A stretch of DNA of 63,955 nt, the filler included, from Klebsormidium nitens (taxonomy: Eukaryota; Plantae; Klebsormidiophyceae), in assembly GCA_000708835.1 (NCBI GenBank). It is 6 parts of 6 records of this genome, joined end to end, with 100 filler letters (N's around TTAATTAATTAA, not from the genome) between each part and the next. Parts side by side here need not be neighbours in the genome. Positions count along the whole stretch, not along the records: positions 41,193 to 52,750 come from DF238035.1; positions 52,851 to 61,479 come from DF238232.1; 4 more parts are not named here. One strand, 5' to 3'. Below, piece by piece: positions 48,332 through 59,100 of this stretch (position 1 is the stretch's first letter; every line of letters begins with the position of its first letter). The translations under genes and the position numbers were made by a program. Under the pieces are notes generated by a model that saw nothing but the letters and a program-made list of their open reading frames with translations, made no database searches and was not told the origin of the DNA.

Positions 48332-49144
48332 TCATCTCCCGAAGTTAAGAATGTGCGTATGCACCTGGTTTATCACATCTATGATATTGAAATCAGAGCA
48401 GTCCGGGTTGAAGCGTATCCAACTCGCTCCCAGGGCCTCGGTCAACATTTCAGTCCTTGTCAGATCCTTGTTGGCATCGTAAGACGTGTGACCGTGTTCG
48501 TCGCACTCTACGACCAACTTATAGTCGGGAAAGAATAAATCGACTCTGTATTTTCCCACTGTATATTCTCTTTCCATCTTGTGTCCCCGGAACGCCCGCC
48601 ATATGACGGCAACGTAGTGTGTCTCGTGATGGTATTGCTTATACGCAGCAGATATTGGAATACCAACTGCTTCAGCGATCTCGACGCTGTTGGGTAGTCT
48701 CGACAAATGAAGCAAGGTTGCCGCGCCCTCTTCTGTGGTGTATGTTGTCAAAGCTTCGTTCCCGTTTGAACCGAAGCCAATATCGGCCCCACTGAACCGA
48801 AGTTCAGCAGGAATGTGTAGCTTCCCTGCCTTCTTGCAATCCCTGTAACCAAGTACCGAAGCGATGTCGTTCACTTTGTAGTACATTTGGTTCTTGTAGA
48901 ATACGGTGTGTACACTCCGCAAGCGCACAGCCAAATTGGCTTGAATGCTATCAGTACTGTCTCTTGCGTGCTCTGTGCGGATCTTTTTTGACGCAGAAAC
49001 AATTACATCTGACCCGTGTCTTTTGGTCTCCCGTTCCGACGTCAATTCCCTGATTTTCAACTCGATTCTTAATTGCTCCGTCCTTTCCTTTGATTGTAAA
49101 GTCTTTTCCCGTTCAATGGCGAGCTGACATTCCAAATTTTCCAT
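48332..49144 (-). CDS. Coiled-coil, Bro-N and DUF559-like endonuclease (270 aa), copy 2
   Basis: Full-length paralogue of 44135-44947. Confidence 0.85.
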   Translation of the reverse strand: MENLECQLAIEREKTLQSKERTEQLRIELKIRELTSERETKRHGSDVIVSASKKIRTEHARDSTDSIQANLAVRLRSVHTVFYKNQMYYKVNDIASVLGYRDCKKAGKLHIPAELRFSGADIGFGSNGNEALTTYTTEEGAATLLHLSRLPNSVEIAEAVGIPISAAYKQYHHETHYVAVIWRAFRGHKMEREYTVGKYRVDLFFPDYKLVVECDEHGHTSYDANKDLTRTEMLTEALGASWIRFNPDCSDFNIIDVINQVHTHILNFGR

Positions 49145-49535
49145 CTTTGATGAAAATCGTCCAGTAGGTCCCGATTCTACTTTCTTAAGCCGTTCGCGTT
49201 TGTGTTACATCGTGCGACAGTGATGGAGATCCCTGCAGCATTATTGTACCAAAACACCGCGACCGTAACGTCCTTCTCGATGTCAATCCCCATTGTCGGA
49301 TTCGATGTCCACAACAATCTACAGGACGAAGACAGAGCGCGCTTTGCCCTGTTGACGGAACACAACGGGATAAACGGCTAAGTGGATGATACTTTTATTT
49401 ACGTGGATCGTTTTTCGCGTTTCCTCAGCAAGGCATGCCTGAAAAACAGAAGAACATTGAAAGTGAACCTTGGAATACTTCGCTCACCAAGTTCTTCTCT
49501 TGACGAGTTTTCGTCNNNNNNNNNNNNNNNNNNNN

Positions 49536-52500
49536 ACTCTCTGGATCTCTGTCGGCCAACGGCGCCACATTGAGCGCTCCGCTCGCTCTCGGCTCCAACG
49601 GAATCTCCACCACCGGCCCCATCTGTTCCAGCAGTAACCGGGCCACGGCGCTGTACTCGGCGACGGTGGATTCCGGGACCCTCATAGCGAATTCCAACCT
49701 CACCGTCGGAGCCGGATCCACCACCAGCCTGTCCGCGGACGTGCTGCCCGGAACCAACAACGCGTACGACGTGGGAGCGTCTTCGAACGCCTGGAAGAAT
49801 GTGTACGCCGGTTCAGCCACCCTCTCAGGATCACTCTCTGCGAACGGCGCCACCTTGAGCGCCCCGCTCTCCCTCGGCTCAAACGTAATCTCTACCACCG
49901 GCTCCATCGCCTCCAGCAGCAACAGAGTCGCCACTCTGTATTCTGGGACGGTGGATTCCGGGACCTTAAAGGCCAACTCCAACCTCACCATCGCACCCGG
50001 ATCCACCACGAGCCTGTCCGCTGACGTGCTGCCCGGAAGCAACAACGCCTTCGACGTCGGATCCTCCTCCAATGCCTGGAAGAACCTGTATGCCGCCACC
50101 GCCACGCTCTCTGGATCTCTGTCGGCCAACGGCGCCACCCTGAGTGCCCCGCTCGCCCTCGGCTCCAACGGAATCTCTACCACCGGCTCCATCGCCTCCA
50201 GCAGCAACAGAGTCGCCACTCTGTATTCTGGGACGGTGGATTCCGGGACCCTCAAGGCCAACTCCAATCTCACCCTTGCGGCTGGCTCCACCACAAGCAT
50301 CTCTACCGATATGATGCCCGGCAGCAACAACGCGTATGACGTGGGAGCGTCTTCGAACGCTTGGAAGAACGTATACGCCGGTTCCGCCACCCTATCTGGA
50401 TCAGTGGCTGCAAACGGCGCCACGTTGAGCGGGCCGCTCGNNNNNNNNNNNNNNNNNNNNNNNNNNNNNNNNNNNNNNNNNNNNNNNNNNNNNNNNNNNN
50501 NNNNNNNNNNNNNNNNNNNNNNNNNNNNNNNNNNNNNNNNNNNNNNNNNNNNNNNNNNNNNNNNNNNNNNNNNNNNNNNNNNNNNNNNNNNNNNNNNNNN
50601 NNNNNNNNNNNNNNNNNNNNNNNNNNNNNNNNNNNNNNNNNNNNNNNNNNNNNNNNNNNNNNNNNNNNNNNNNNNNNNNNNNNNNNNNNNNNNNNNNNNN
50701 NNNNNNNNNNNNNNNNNNNNNNNNNNNNNNNNNNNNNNNNNNNNNNNNNNNNNNNNNNNNNNNNNNNNNNNNNNNNNNNNNNNNNNNNNNNNNNNNNNNN
50801 NNNNNNNNNNNNNNNNNNCCTGTCCGCTGACGTGCTGCCCGGAAGCAACAACGCCTTCGACGTCGGATCCTCCTCAAACGCCTGGAAGAACCTTTACGCC
50901 GCCACCGCCACGCTCTCTGGACCTCTGTCGGCCAACGGCGCCACTTTGAGCGCCCCGCTCGCCCTCGGCTCCAACGCAATTTCCACTACCGGCTCTATCT
51001 CCTCCAGCAGCAACAGAGTCGCCACTCTGTATTCTGGGACGGTGGATTCCGGGACCCTCAAGGCCAACTCCAATCTCACCCTTGCGGTCGGCTCCACCAC
51101 GAGCATCTCTACCGATATGATGCCCGGCAGCAACAACGCGTACGACATGGGAGCGTCTTCGAACGCTTGGAAGAACGTATACGCCGGTTCCGCCACCCTA
51201 TCAGGATCACTGGCTGCAAACGGCGCCACGTTGAGCGGACCGCTCGCCCTCGGATCCAATAGCATCTCCACCACGGGCACCATTGCCTCCTCGAGCAACA
51301 GGGCCACGGCGCTGTACTCGGGGACGGTCGATTCGGGAACGCTCAGGGCCAACTCCAACCTCACCCTCGGCGCCGGCTCCACGACCAGCCTCTCCGCGGA
51401 CGTCCTGCCGGGAAGCAACAACGCATACGACCTGGGCTCTTCGACCGGTGCCTGGAAGAGCCTCTACGCCGGCTCCGCCACCCTCTCGGGGTCTCTCTCT
51501 GCCAGTGGCGCCTCGTTGTCGGCACCTCTCAGCATGGGAGGCAATGCGGTATACACCACAGGTACCGTCAGCAGCAGCAGCAACCGGGCGTCCGTCGTCT
51601 ACTCTACATCCGTTGATGCGGGCTCTCTGACGGTCAATAGCAACGCTTCGATCGCCGGCGCGTTGACGTGCTACTCCCTGAACACCCAGAACAGCAACCT
51701 CAACGCCGGTTCGGGGAGCATCTCGGGGGGGGCCATCAGCGGAACCTCGGCGAGCCTCTCCGGTCAGCTCACGTGCAAGGCAGTAGACACCCAAGGCTGC
51801 AACATCAGCGCGGGGGCCATAAACGGCGGGGCCTTCGTCGGCACCAGCATGAGTGTGGGCACGGGCTCGGTGAGCGGGGGTGCGGGCAGCTTCAGCGGGG
51901 ACGTGACGGTCTCCGGCAAGCTGCTGGTCGGAGGTTCGATCGACTACATCAGCACGAGCGAGCTCTTGGTCGCAGACAAACACGTCACGTTGGCGGCCAC
52001 GTCTAATCCGACCGACGCCACCGCTTCTGGGGCCGGACTCTACGTGCAGGGCTCAAACTACGCCGCTTCCAACGCTACCCTATCGTTCACGTGGAACCAA
52101 GGCTGCAACGGTAACTACTGGCTGCCGAAGGGAGGCAACTTGGCACTCCCGGGTACAGCGGGGTCCAAGATGGTCACGCTGAGCACCACCTCGAACGGAG
52201 CCCTCCAGTTGCTATCCGACGACGGCACCTCGGCGACGAGCACGGCTCTCGTGGGCGTGTCTCTCATCGCCTCCGGATCCAATCTGGATCTGGGGAGCAC
52301 CTCCAATGCCTGGAGCACGCTCTACGCATCCAACGTCGGCACGAGCGCGAAACGGGTCGCCACGATCTACGCATCATCCGTCGACGCGGGGGCAGGGGCT
52401 TTCGGCAGCAACGTCGGCGTGACTGGGAGCCTCGTAGCCGCGAACGGCCTCACCTCTTCCAACGGCCTCACCGTCAGCTCGGGGACCCTGACGCTGCCCG

Positions 52501-52750
52501 CAAGCTCCGTCGTCAACGCGGCCATCACGTCCGGCCTCGACGCGACCAAGATCACCACGGGCACATTCGGAGTGGGTGCTTTCGGAGGATGTAATATCTC
52601 GACGACGGGGACTCTCGGGGCGGGGCCATCCACCCTGAGCACCGTCTCGTGCACCACGCTCACCACAAACAACAGCAACCTGACGGTGGGTTCCGGATCC
52701 GTCACCAGCGGCCAGCAGAACCCCACGACCCACGCCACATACGATCTTGG
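49536..52750 (+). CDS. Large Ser/Gly/Asn/Thr/Ala-rich protein with 95-aa tandem repeats; putative virion fibre or surface protein, both ends and an internal segment missing
   Basis: 285-bp period (ANGATLS at 49555, 49840, 50125, 50410; then 50931, 51216, 51501). The repeat carries DVLPGSNNAFDVGSSSNAWKNLY. The unique region has LLVADKHVTLAATSNPTDATASGAGLYVQG. The frame is open on both sides of the 50441-50818 gap. Confidence 0.7.
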
Positions 52751-52850
52751 NNNNNNNNNNNNNNNNNNNNNNNNNNNNNNNNNNNNNNNNNNNNTTAATT
52801 AATTAANNNNNNNNNNNNNNNNNNNNNNNNNNNNNNNNNNNNNNNNNNNN
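52751..52850. other. Artificial contig-joining linker
   Basis: 44 N + TTAATTAATTAA + 44 N. Confidence 0.97.
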
Positions 52851-53172
52851 CAAACGGTTGACATACCGTTCACGAAGAAAAATCACAAGATACCATTGCA
52901 CGCAGCCGTTGTTGCTTGGACCCGAGCTTATGATTACAGAGTCATCAAATACAATTGATCTTCAATATCAAAGACTCTCTGACATAATAAAAATCATGCC
53001 TTAAGGGTCATTACATCCATTAATACTTCATGTAGCGCGTAGTTATCTTGAACCAATCAGGCAATCTCGGGCCAACTTACTGTGTGCCAAGCTCACTCGC
53101 ATTCAACCTCCCATATTCGATACAATTAAGAACTTCAATACATTACGACCAGATTACTCAATAGCTTGCTGA

Positions 53173-56100
53173 CTAACGAACCACAATCATACATTCCTCA
53201 GGATCGTCCTTGCCTGCCGGCGAGCTCAGATCCTCTAGCAAAGGGTAACCAGACGGCCTACGCAATAAATGATCAAGATCGCTTGCATCTACCTCGTTGA
53301 GAAACGCTCGGACTGCAGGCTCCAGCTGTTCCCGATGCTGCCAGACTCGAGGGACTTCACGGAATTGCAGCTTGACGAGCTTCGCCATTCTGAGAACGTG
53401 CTTCCGCTCCAGCTTGTACTTGTAATCGCTGTTCCCGGACGCCGACTCGTGCTGCTTCCCCTTCCCTCGTCGTGGGCGGCTCACCTCGATTGCCTTCCCA
53501 AGCTTGAGGCCCATGTGCCCGAGCACAACGTTCATCACCGCCTTGAATTGGACGGGATCGAGTTAAGCTTTTCCCTCTTTGGGCGCCGGCAAATGGATCC
53601 GGAACATCTCGGAGACGGGCTTCTCCGACATCGCGGTCTTTGAACCGACCTGCCTAGGGCGACCTTTGAACAGGTCTGATCGCAATAGCCTGCCTTTGAG
53701 TCCGCCTGCAAGGAGCGAGCGCGTTTCACCGCCCACGTCAAACGCATGCGCCAGGCCCAAGTCCTTGAGCAGCCCTCGCGCGGTCTCCAACATCTTGACC
53801 TCGAGACTCTGGCGGGCCACCGCCCCCTCGTCGAGGAACCGCCCTGGAAGTAGCACCTTCAGCAGAAAGTCGAGCTTGTTTGAGAACGGGGGCTTGTACT
53901 CGGCCTTCGTCTCCTTGAAAAAGTGCTCGTCAAGGTCCCTGAGGCCGTAGAACTGGCAGGCCTCGTACCTGATCACCTCGACACTCTGCGAACCCGTGTC
54001 CCTCTTCGTGTCTCGCAACCTTCTCAACTCCTCAAACTCCGCCGCACTGATCGCCCTCGCGCCAATGATCTGTGACGCCTCTGCGTCTAGCCCTTTCCGC
54101 CTCTTACTCTTTTTCGAAAGCTCTTCGGGTTGCTCGACCTCCACCACATGGCCGGCTCGCGAGACTTGCAGCTGGAACTCGTGAAGCAGGCGCGCGTCCG
54201 ACTTTCGCCGCTCCGCTTCCGTATGCGCGAACGTCCGGAAGAGGGGGCCGTCCTCAATCAACCGGACAACTTTGCCGGGGTCCTCGGTCCTTGACGCGAC
54301 TCGCCTCCATGCAGCCGTCACTTCGCTGTTGCAGGCTTGCAGAAACTGCAGCGTCTCCGCCGTGGTCACGCGTTGTGGAGGGCCAAGAAATCCCTGCAAT
54401 CAGGAACACAAAATGAGCGGATCGTCTTGCGCACTTACGCCACAGCCAGATGTCACCGTTCCATCAGAATTAGAGATCACCTAAGAGACTTAAAGAAGCT
54501 CATGTCGACCTCCGATCAAGAGACGGAATTAAGTCCCCGTAAAAGGACAGCAGCACTGCCTTCAAACGACTTCGAGACGTGCTTAGATATAAGCCTTTGC
54601 TCTCCTTAAGAATGTCCCATAATGCTCACACCATGCAGGCGTGAACGATGGGCAATAAAGCTTACCGTTTTAAAGCAATATGCACTCTGCAATAGCCAAA
54701 ACGTCGGATTGGATTCAAGGCAGGCACGTGGAACTTGACTTCCCACCTTGAGTTGCTCACGACTGAGGCCACGGGAAGGCCCCACACCTGGCTGAGACGC
54801 AGGCGCCCGGCCGAGAGGGGAGTCGGCCGCAACTTGCTGGTCCAAGCGGTCGACATCGGCATCCTGGGGGCGGAAAGAAGAAACGGAAACGTCAACCTTT
54901 CGATGTTCGAGCACGCGTCTCAGACTTGAGCCTCGAAAAACCGCTCAGAGAAGCAATTGCACAAAAAGATAATGCATGGCTCGACGTGAGCAAACAGGAT
55001 CCGGGAGTTCGTGTAACCAGATGAGGCAAATACCTGCGAAGCAGAGTCGTCGTCGTCGGCTTCCGGTGTCTGCGGCGCTGTGGGTGTCGTTCCCTGCGGA
55101 AAAAGACCCGTCACACTTCAGACAACGTACAGTATGCTGTTCGAGATTGGGGCACACACAACTTTTGTAGACCTTTCGTACTAATGTAGACTTGAGGCAG
55201 CTAGGTGAGTAGCAGCATTTGCTAATCTTGATTCTTTGGGCACTCGCTGAAAGGTTTTGCAGACCTGAAGCGAATCCCATCGAGCTTAAAGAGAGGTCAA
55301 CGCCATCCTGATCAACAGAAACGCGGGTTGTGCTCAACAGAAAGGATGTGCACACTCAACAGCGGCGACGCAACTCAATTCCTGGAGACCTCAAAGTTGT
55401 TTTTTTTCCAAACGCAAAAGATCACGTGGCCTTCTCTTAGAGGGGTCCTTTAAGCTGCAGTCCTGAGCTTGGCAAATCCCGTACAGAGTTTGGGGCCTGG
55501 AGTTTGGGGCCTGGTCTGAGCCCTCCATCGAAAGTTCTGACGCTAGCAGATGCTGAACACAAAAGCTTTGCATTGGGGGGCGGATATCAGGTCTAGTTTG
55601 GCCCCCCAATCTGATGATCCTAAACAGATTCGCTCTCGAACGCTTGAGTTAGGGCCAAACGCAAGACGAGGTTTCTAGAAGACTCTTGGAGGACTCTTGC
55701 ATCTTGATTGCTCAGACTGTGGACAGATCTAAGATCTTGAGCTCTCAAGTGCAATCTGCTCACCTGCTGTTCCGGAGTGCAGAGACGCGTGGCTGGGATC
55801 TCTTGCGCACAGTCGAGCATCACGGAGATGGACGACTGGACGAAACAATGAACCAGCGGACTCTCCGTTTTCCGCACCCGCAGCGTCGCCTGCCAGGCTG
55901 CCCGAGCCGTCGTGCTCTTCTTGCACATGTAGAGGAACTTGGTGTGGAACCAGGGAACGTCGAAATTCACCCCTGCCTCGACAGTGGGGCTGTACATGAG
56001 CAAGCGAACCTTCCAGTTTTCGGCAACGTTCTTCAGGAGAGCCGTCGTTTCGCCCCCGCTCAGGGCCTTATGGATGAGGATGTCTGTGTCTGCAAGCCCG

Positions 56101-59100
56101 AGCGAGTGCCGCGACATGACTTGGTCCCGGATGCGGTCCAGGACCTTTGCGGACATGCTGACGACGACCACGTTCTTGCCGGCTGCGAGATCCTCGACGA
56201 TCCGATCCAACCACTTCTTCTCATCCTGACCGACACGAAACGTTAGAGGCACCTGCGCATAAAGCGGTACAAGAAATGAGCGCGCTGTGGGCTGAATGTA
56301 TGTGAGAGAGCATTGCACACTGGCCCGTCCTTGATTCCAGAAGCGAACCTGCTGCGCTATGAAACACAACTTCCGTTGGTACTCAAGTGACGGTATGGCC
56401 GGGCCCCATAAGCGGTTCAAGAGGTGCTCTAAGGTGATCAACGCAACACATTTGCTTAGACGAACTCAAGGAAAGGGCCTGGCAGAAGGCCCGAGATCAC
56501 TGATTCGTGGTTCCGCTCCGACCAAGGGAGGTGCACCAAGGGAGCGGCCAAAGCAAGGCATGCTACATTCTGGGCACTTCCAAGCGCACAGCATCCGAAC
56601 GGCCAGAATTCAGCCGTATTGCGTTGAGAAGCGGTCACGCTAATCATATGGGATATTTCGAGGGGCTCACCGCTGCCCTTCTTGTGTTGATGATGAGCTT
56701 CCCGGGCACATGTGCAAGCCGGAAGAAGTCGTGCTCCCGCTGTCCGTATCCATCGTCCATGGCCAACACGCGCTTCGCCCGCTGCACAATCTCCAGGAAC
56801 AGCTCACTGGTCTCCATCCCGTTCCTCACAGTCGCCGCGGAGAGGTGCGCGAGGATGCTCGCCACCTCGTCGAGGATCACGAGATCGAACGGGGCCACCT
56901 CGCCAATGCTGCCCCGCCGGAGCTTAAGGAGGCTGTCCACCTGAACCACGATTTCGGGAAAGTCCTTCCGAGACTGCAGGGCCGTTAGGAGGTTGTGCTT
57001 GTTGTCCGGATCCGGGAACCACACGTTTTTGTGATCGTAGTCCGCCTTCAGGTCGAGGTAATTTGCGGTGCGGGGAAAGCGCGCTTTGAGGTCTTGAGCC
57101 TGGGCCACTCGGTACGTGATCATGATCGACGTGTGGGCGCGGCCGCTTGCTTGCCAGAGCTCGTCCCCAACCGCCCCGCAGAACACCGTCTTGCCAGTGT
57201 TCACGCCCGACCGGATGCCGAGCAGGGGGAATCTGCCCTCGATCCACCTGCACGTGTCGACCACAGAGTTGTCAACACGACCTGACACACTCTAAGGCAA
57301 GAATTAGGCCAACGTTCTCAACAAAGGTTGGCTATGCAGTGACCTCTTGTATCGTACGTGTCGAATTCACCTGCAAGCAGCTCCGAATGGTAGGTAAGCG
57401 CTTGGAACTTTGTGTATACGGCCTGAGATCGAAAGCTTGCAGCCCTGCGCTGGTCTCAGAACAGACACGTGCCCATTAAATAATGGTCGTAAATGCCTTG
57501 AAAGGAGGACACGTGACAGAAGGACATTCGTCAGGTTTTGCATGCAGGCCTTGTGGCAAAGAAAGAAACCTTGGTGGGAGAAAGGAACCTGGCAGTAGGT
57601 GGGCGCCAAGGAGCGCCCGCTGATACAGCACGCAATCTTGAAAATAGACACACGGTACAAGAAAAGCTCCTTCTAAAGGTGAGCGTCCCGGAAGCGCCGC
57701 AAGTCTCGCAACAAGCCCCACGTTGTCCCCCATTTTCGCCACGTGGGTTTGCGGCCGAAACAAGATCTTGCCAACCTAGCAGATTCTGAAAGCTTGTCAC
57801 ATCACAATGCGTACGCACCTACTCATTTGGCGGTATTACTTACTCGTTGGCGATGGTGTTTAGCTTCATCAGATCGTCCGGCATCCTCCGCCCCGCTGCT
57901 ACTTCGGCCACGAGCTCAGGGGTCGACGCGCCAGGGACACGCGTAAGGTGCTCCATGTCTACCTTGACGGCGCCCGTCTCGTACGAGATGTTGTCCTCGA
58001 ACAGGTCCCCCAGGCAGTATGCCCTCTCGACACAGGGGACGTCCGAGTCCCCACCCTCGGTGTTTGGCTGAAACACAGAGCATAGATCTTGCCGTTTGGG
58101 TTGAGGTGACAGGTTAAATTCTGTCGGTTCTCGTGGATCCGACCCGTGTAGCACGGCTCTGCGCGATCGCTGTAGTTGTAGCGATCTGGGCCCTCCTCGT
58201 AAGCGCTAGGGTGCAAGCGCTCCCTGAGAAGCGCTAGCATGCGGGCCTTGACGAACTCCTCGTTCTTCGAGCTGCGCTCCGTGCCCCGTTCGGACATCAT
58301 ACGAGGGTTGTTGAACCTCTCGTGGAGCCTTTGGGGCACTTCGAATGGCAGCTTGACCTCGTCACGGGCCTGCAGCACAGCACGAAGACAGCTGGTCACG
58401 AGCGCAATCATGCCAAAACTAAGTCCCCTGTCAAAATGTGAGAAAGGAACGTCAAGACAATTGATCAAACAGAGGAAACCTTGCACTATCTTGCTGCGAA
58501 AAGCCGAGTGCATCAAAAGGCAACGATTCCACCAAGCTTCACAGCTGATAAATCGAAAACGAGGAGTGTGCCACAAGCAAAGTCCTTCATTCTGCAATTA
58601 TGAAGGCCGCGCTTAAAGGAAACACTGCTCAGGCTCGCCGCAAAATGAACAGTTTGGCCATGAAGCCGAAAAACAAAGCGTGTACCAAGAAGCTGTGTAT
58701 TACTTGTTTAAGAATCTAATGGGCCTTTTCTGGTACATCCTGCAGGTAGGGCCGGGCAGCCCATCAAGCGAAAAACCAGCAGTGTGTACCAAGAAACGGC
58801 GTATTACTTCTTGAAGAATCTAAAGGGCTTTTCTGGTACATCCTGCAGGGTATGGTCGGCCTTGCCCATCAAGCGCACAATCCGCCCCGTACCATGTAAG
58901 GCTGTATAACTCTTCAGAGAACTAAAAGGCCGTTTTCTGGTACACCTTTCAGGACGTGACCGACCTGGCGGGTGTGGGGCCTGGATGGCTTGCTCACCTC
59001 GACGGGCTCCAGCCAGGTCACCAGAGCATCCTTCCAGGAATGGGCCGGATCGATGCACGACAAGACGCTCTCCGGCTTCTCGATCTTGGCGCTCCCCGGC

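Larger units (their letters stand above)
42005..49515. repeat. Tandem segmental duplication of a cassette of about 3.3 kb: copy 1 about 42005-45321, internally deleted copy about 45342-46154, copy 2 about 46184-49515
   Basis: The same order (Ulp1 5' end, spacer, Bro354, spacer, Bro270, tail) recurs with scattered substitutions. The middle copy lacks both Bro genes. Short N gaps sit at the unit boundaries. Confidence 0.88.

Noticed and set aside
49425-51421. Repetitive minus-strand ORFs (VAEPAYTFFQAFEDAP...)
   Set aside because: They are the antisense mirror of the 285-bp repeat gene. The plus frame stays open further and continues into the non-repetitive region.
17575-53565. Possible TAA/TAG = Gln genetic code, suggested by TAG at H3 Q68, TAA in the Copia DSGSS*, and TAA in the helicase tail
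   Set aside because: TAA terminates the H3 gene at the canonical length (18015-18017) and also ends the Bro354 ORFs and the 3278-5296 ORF. Intact genes show no internal TAR codons. Single C-to-T changes in decaying sequence explain the cases.
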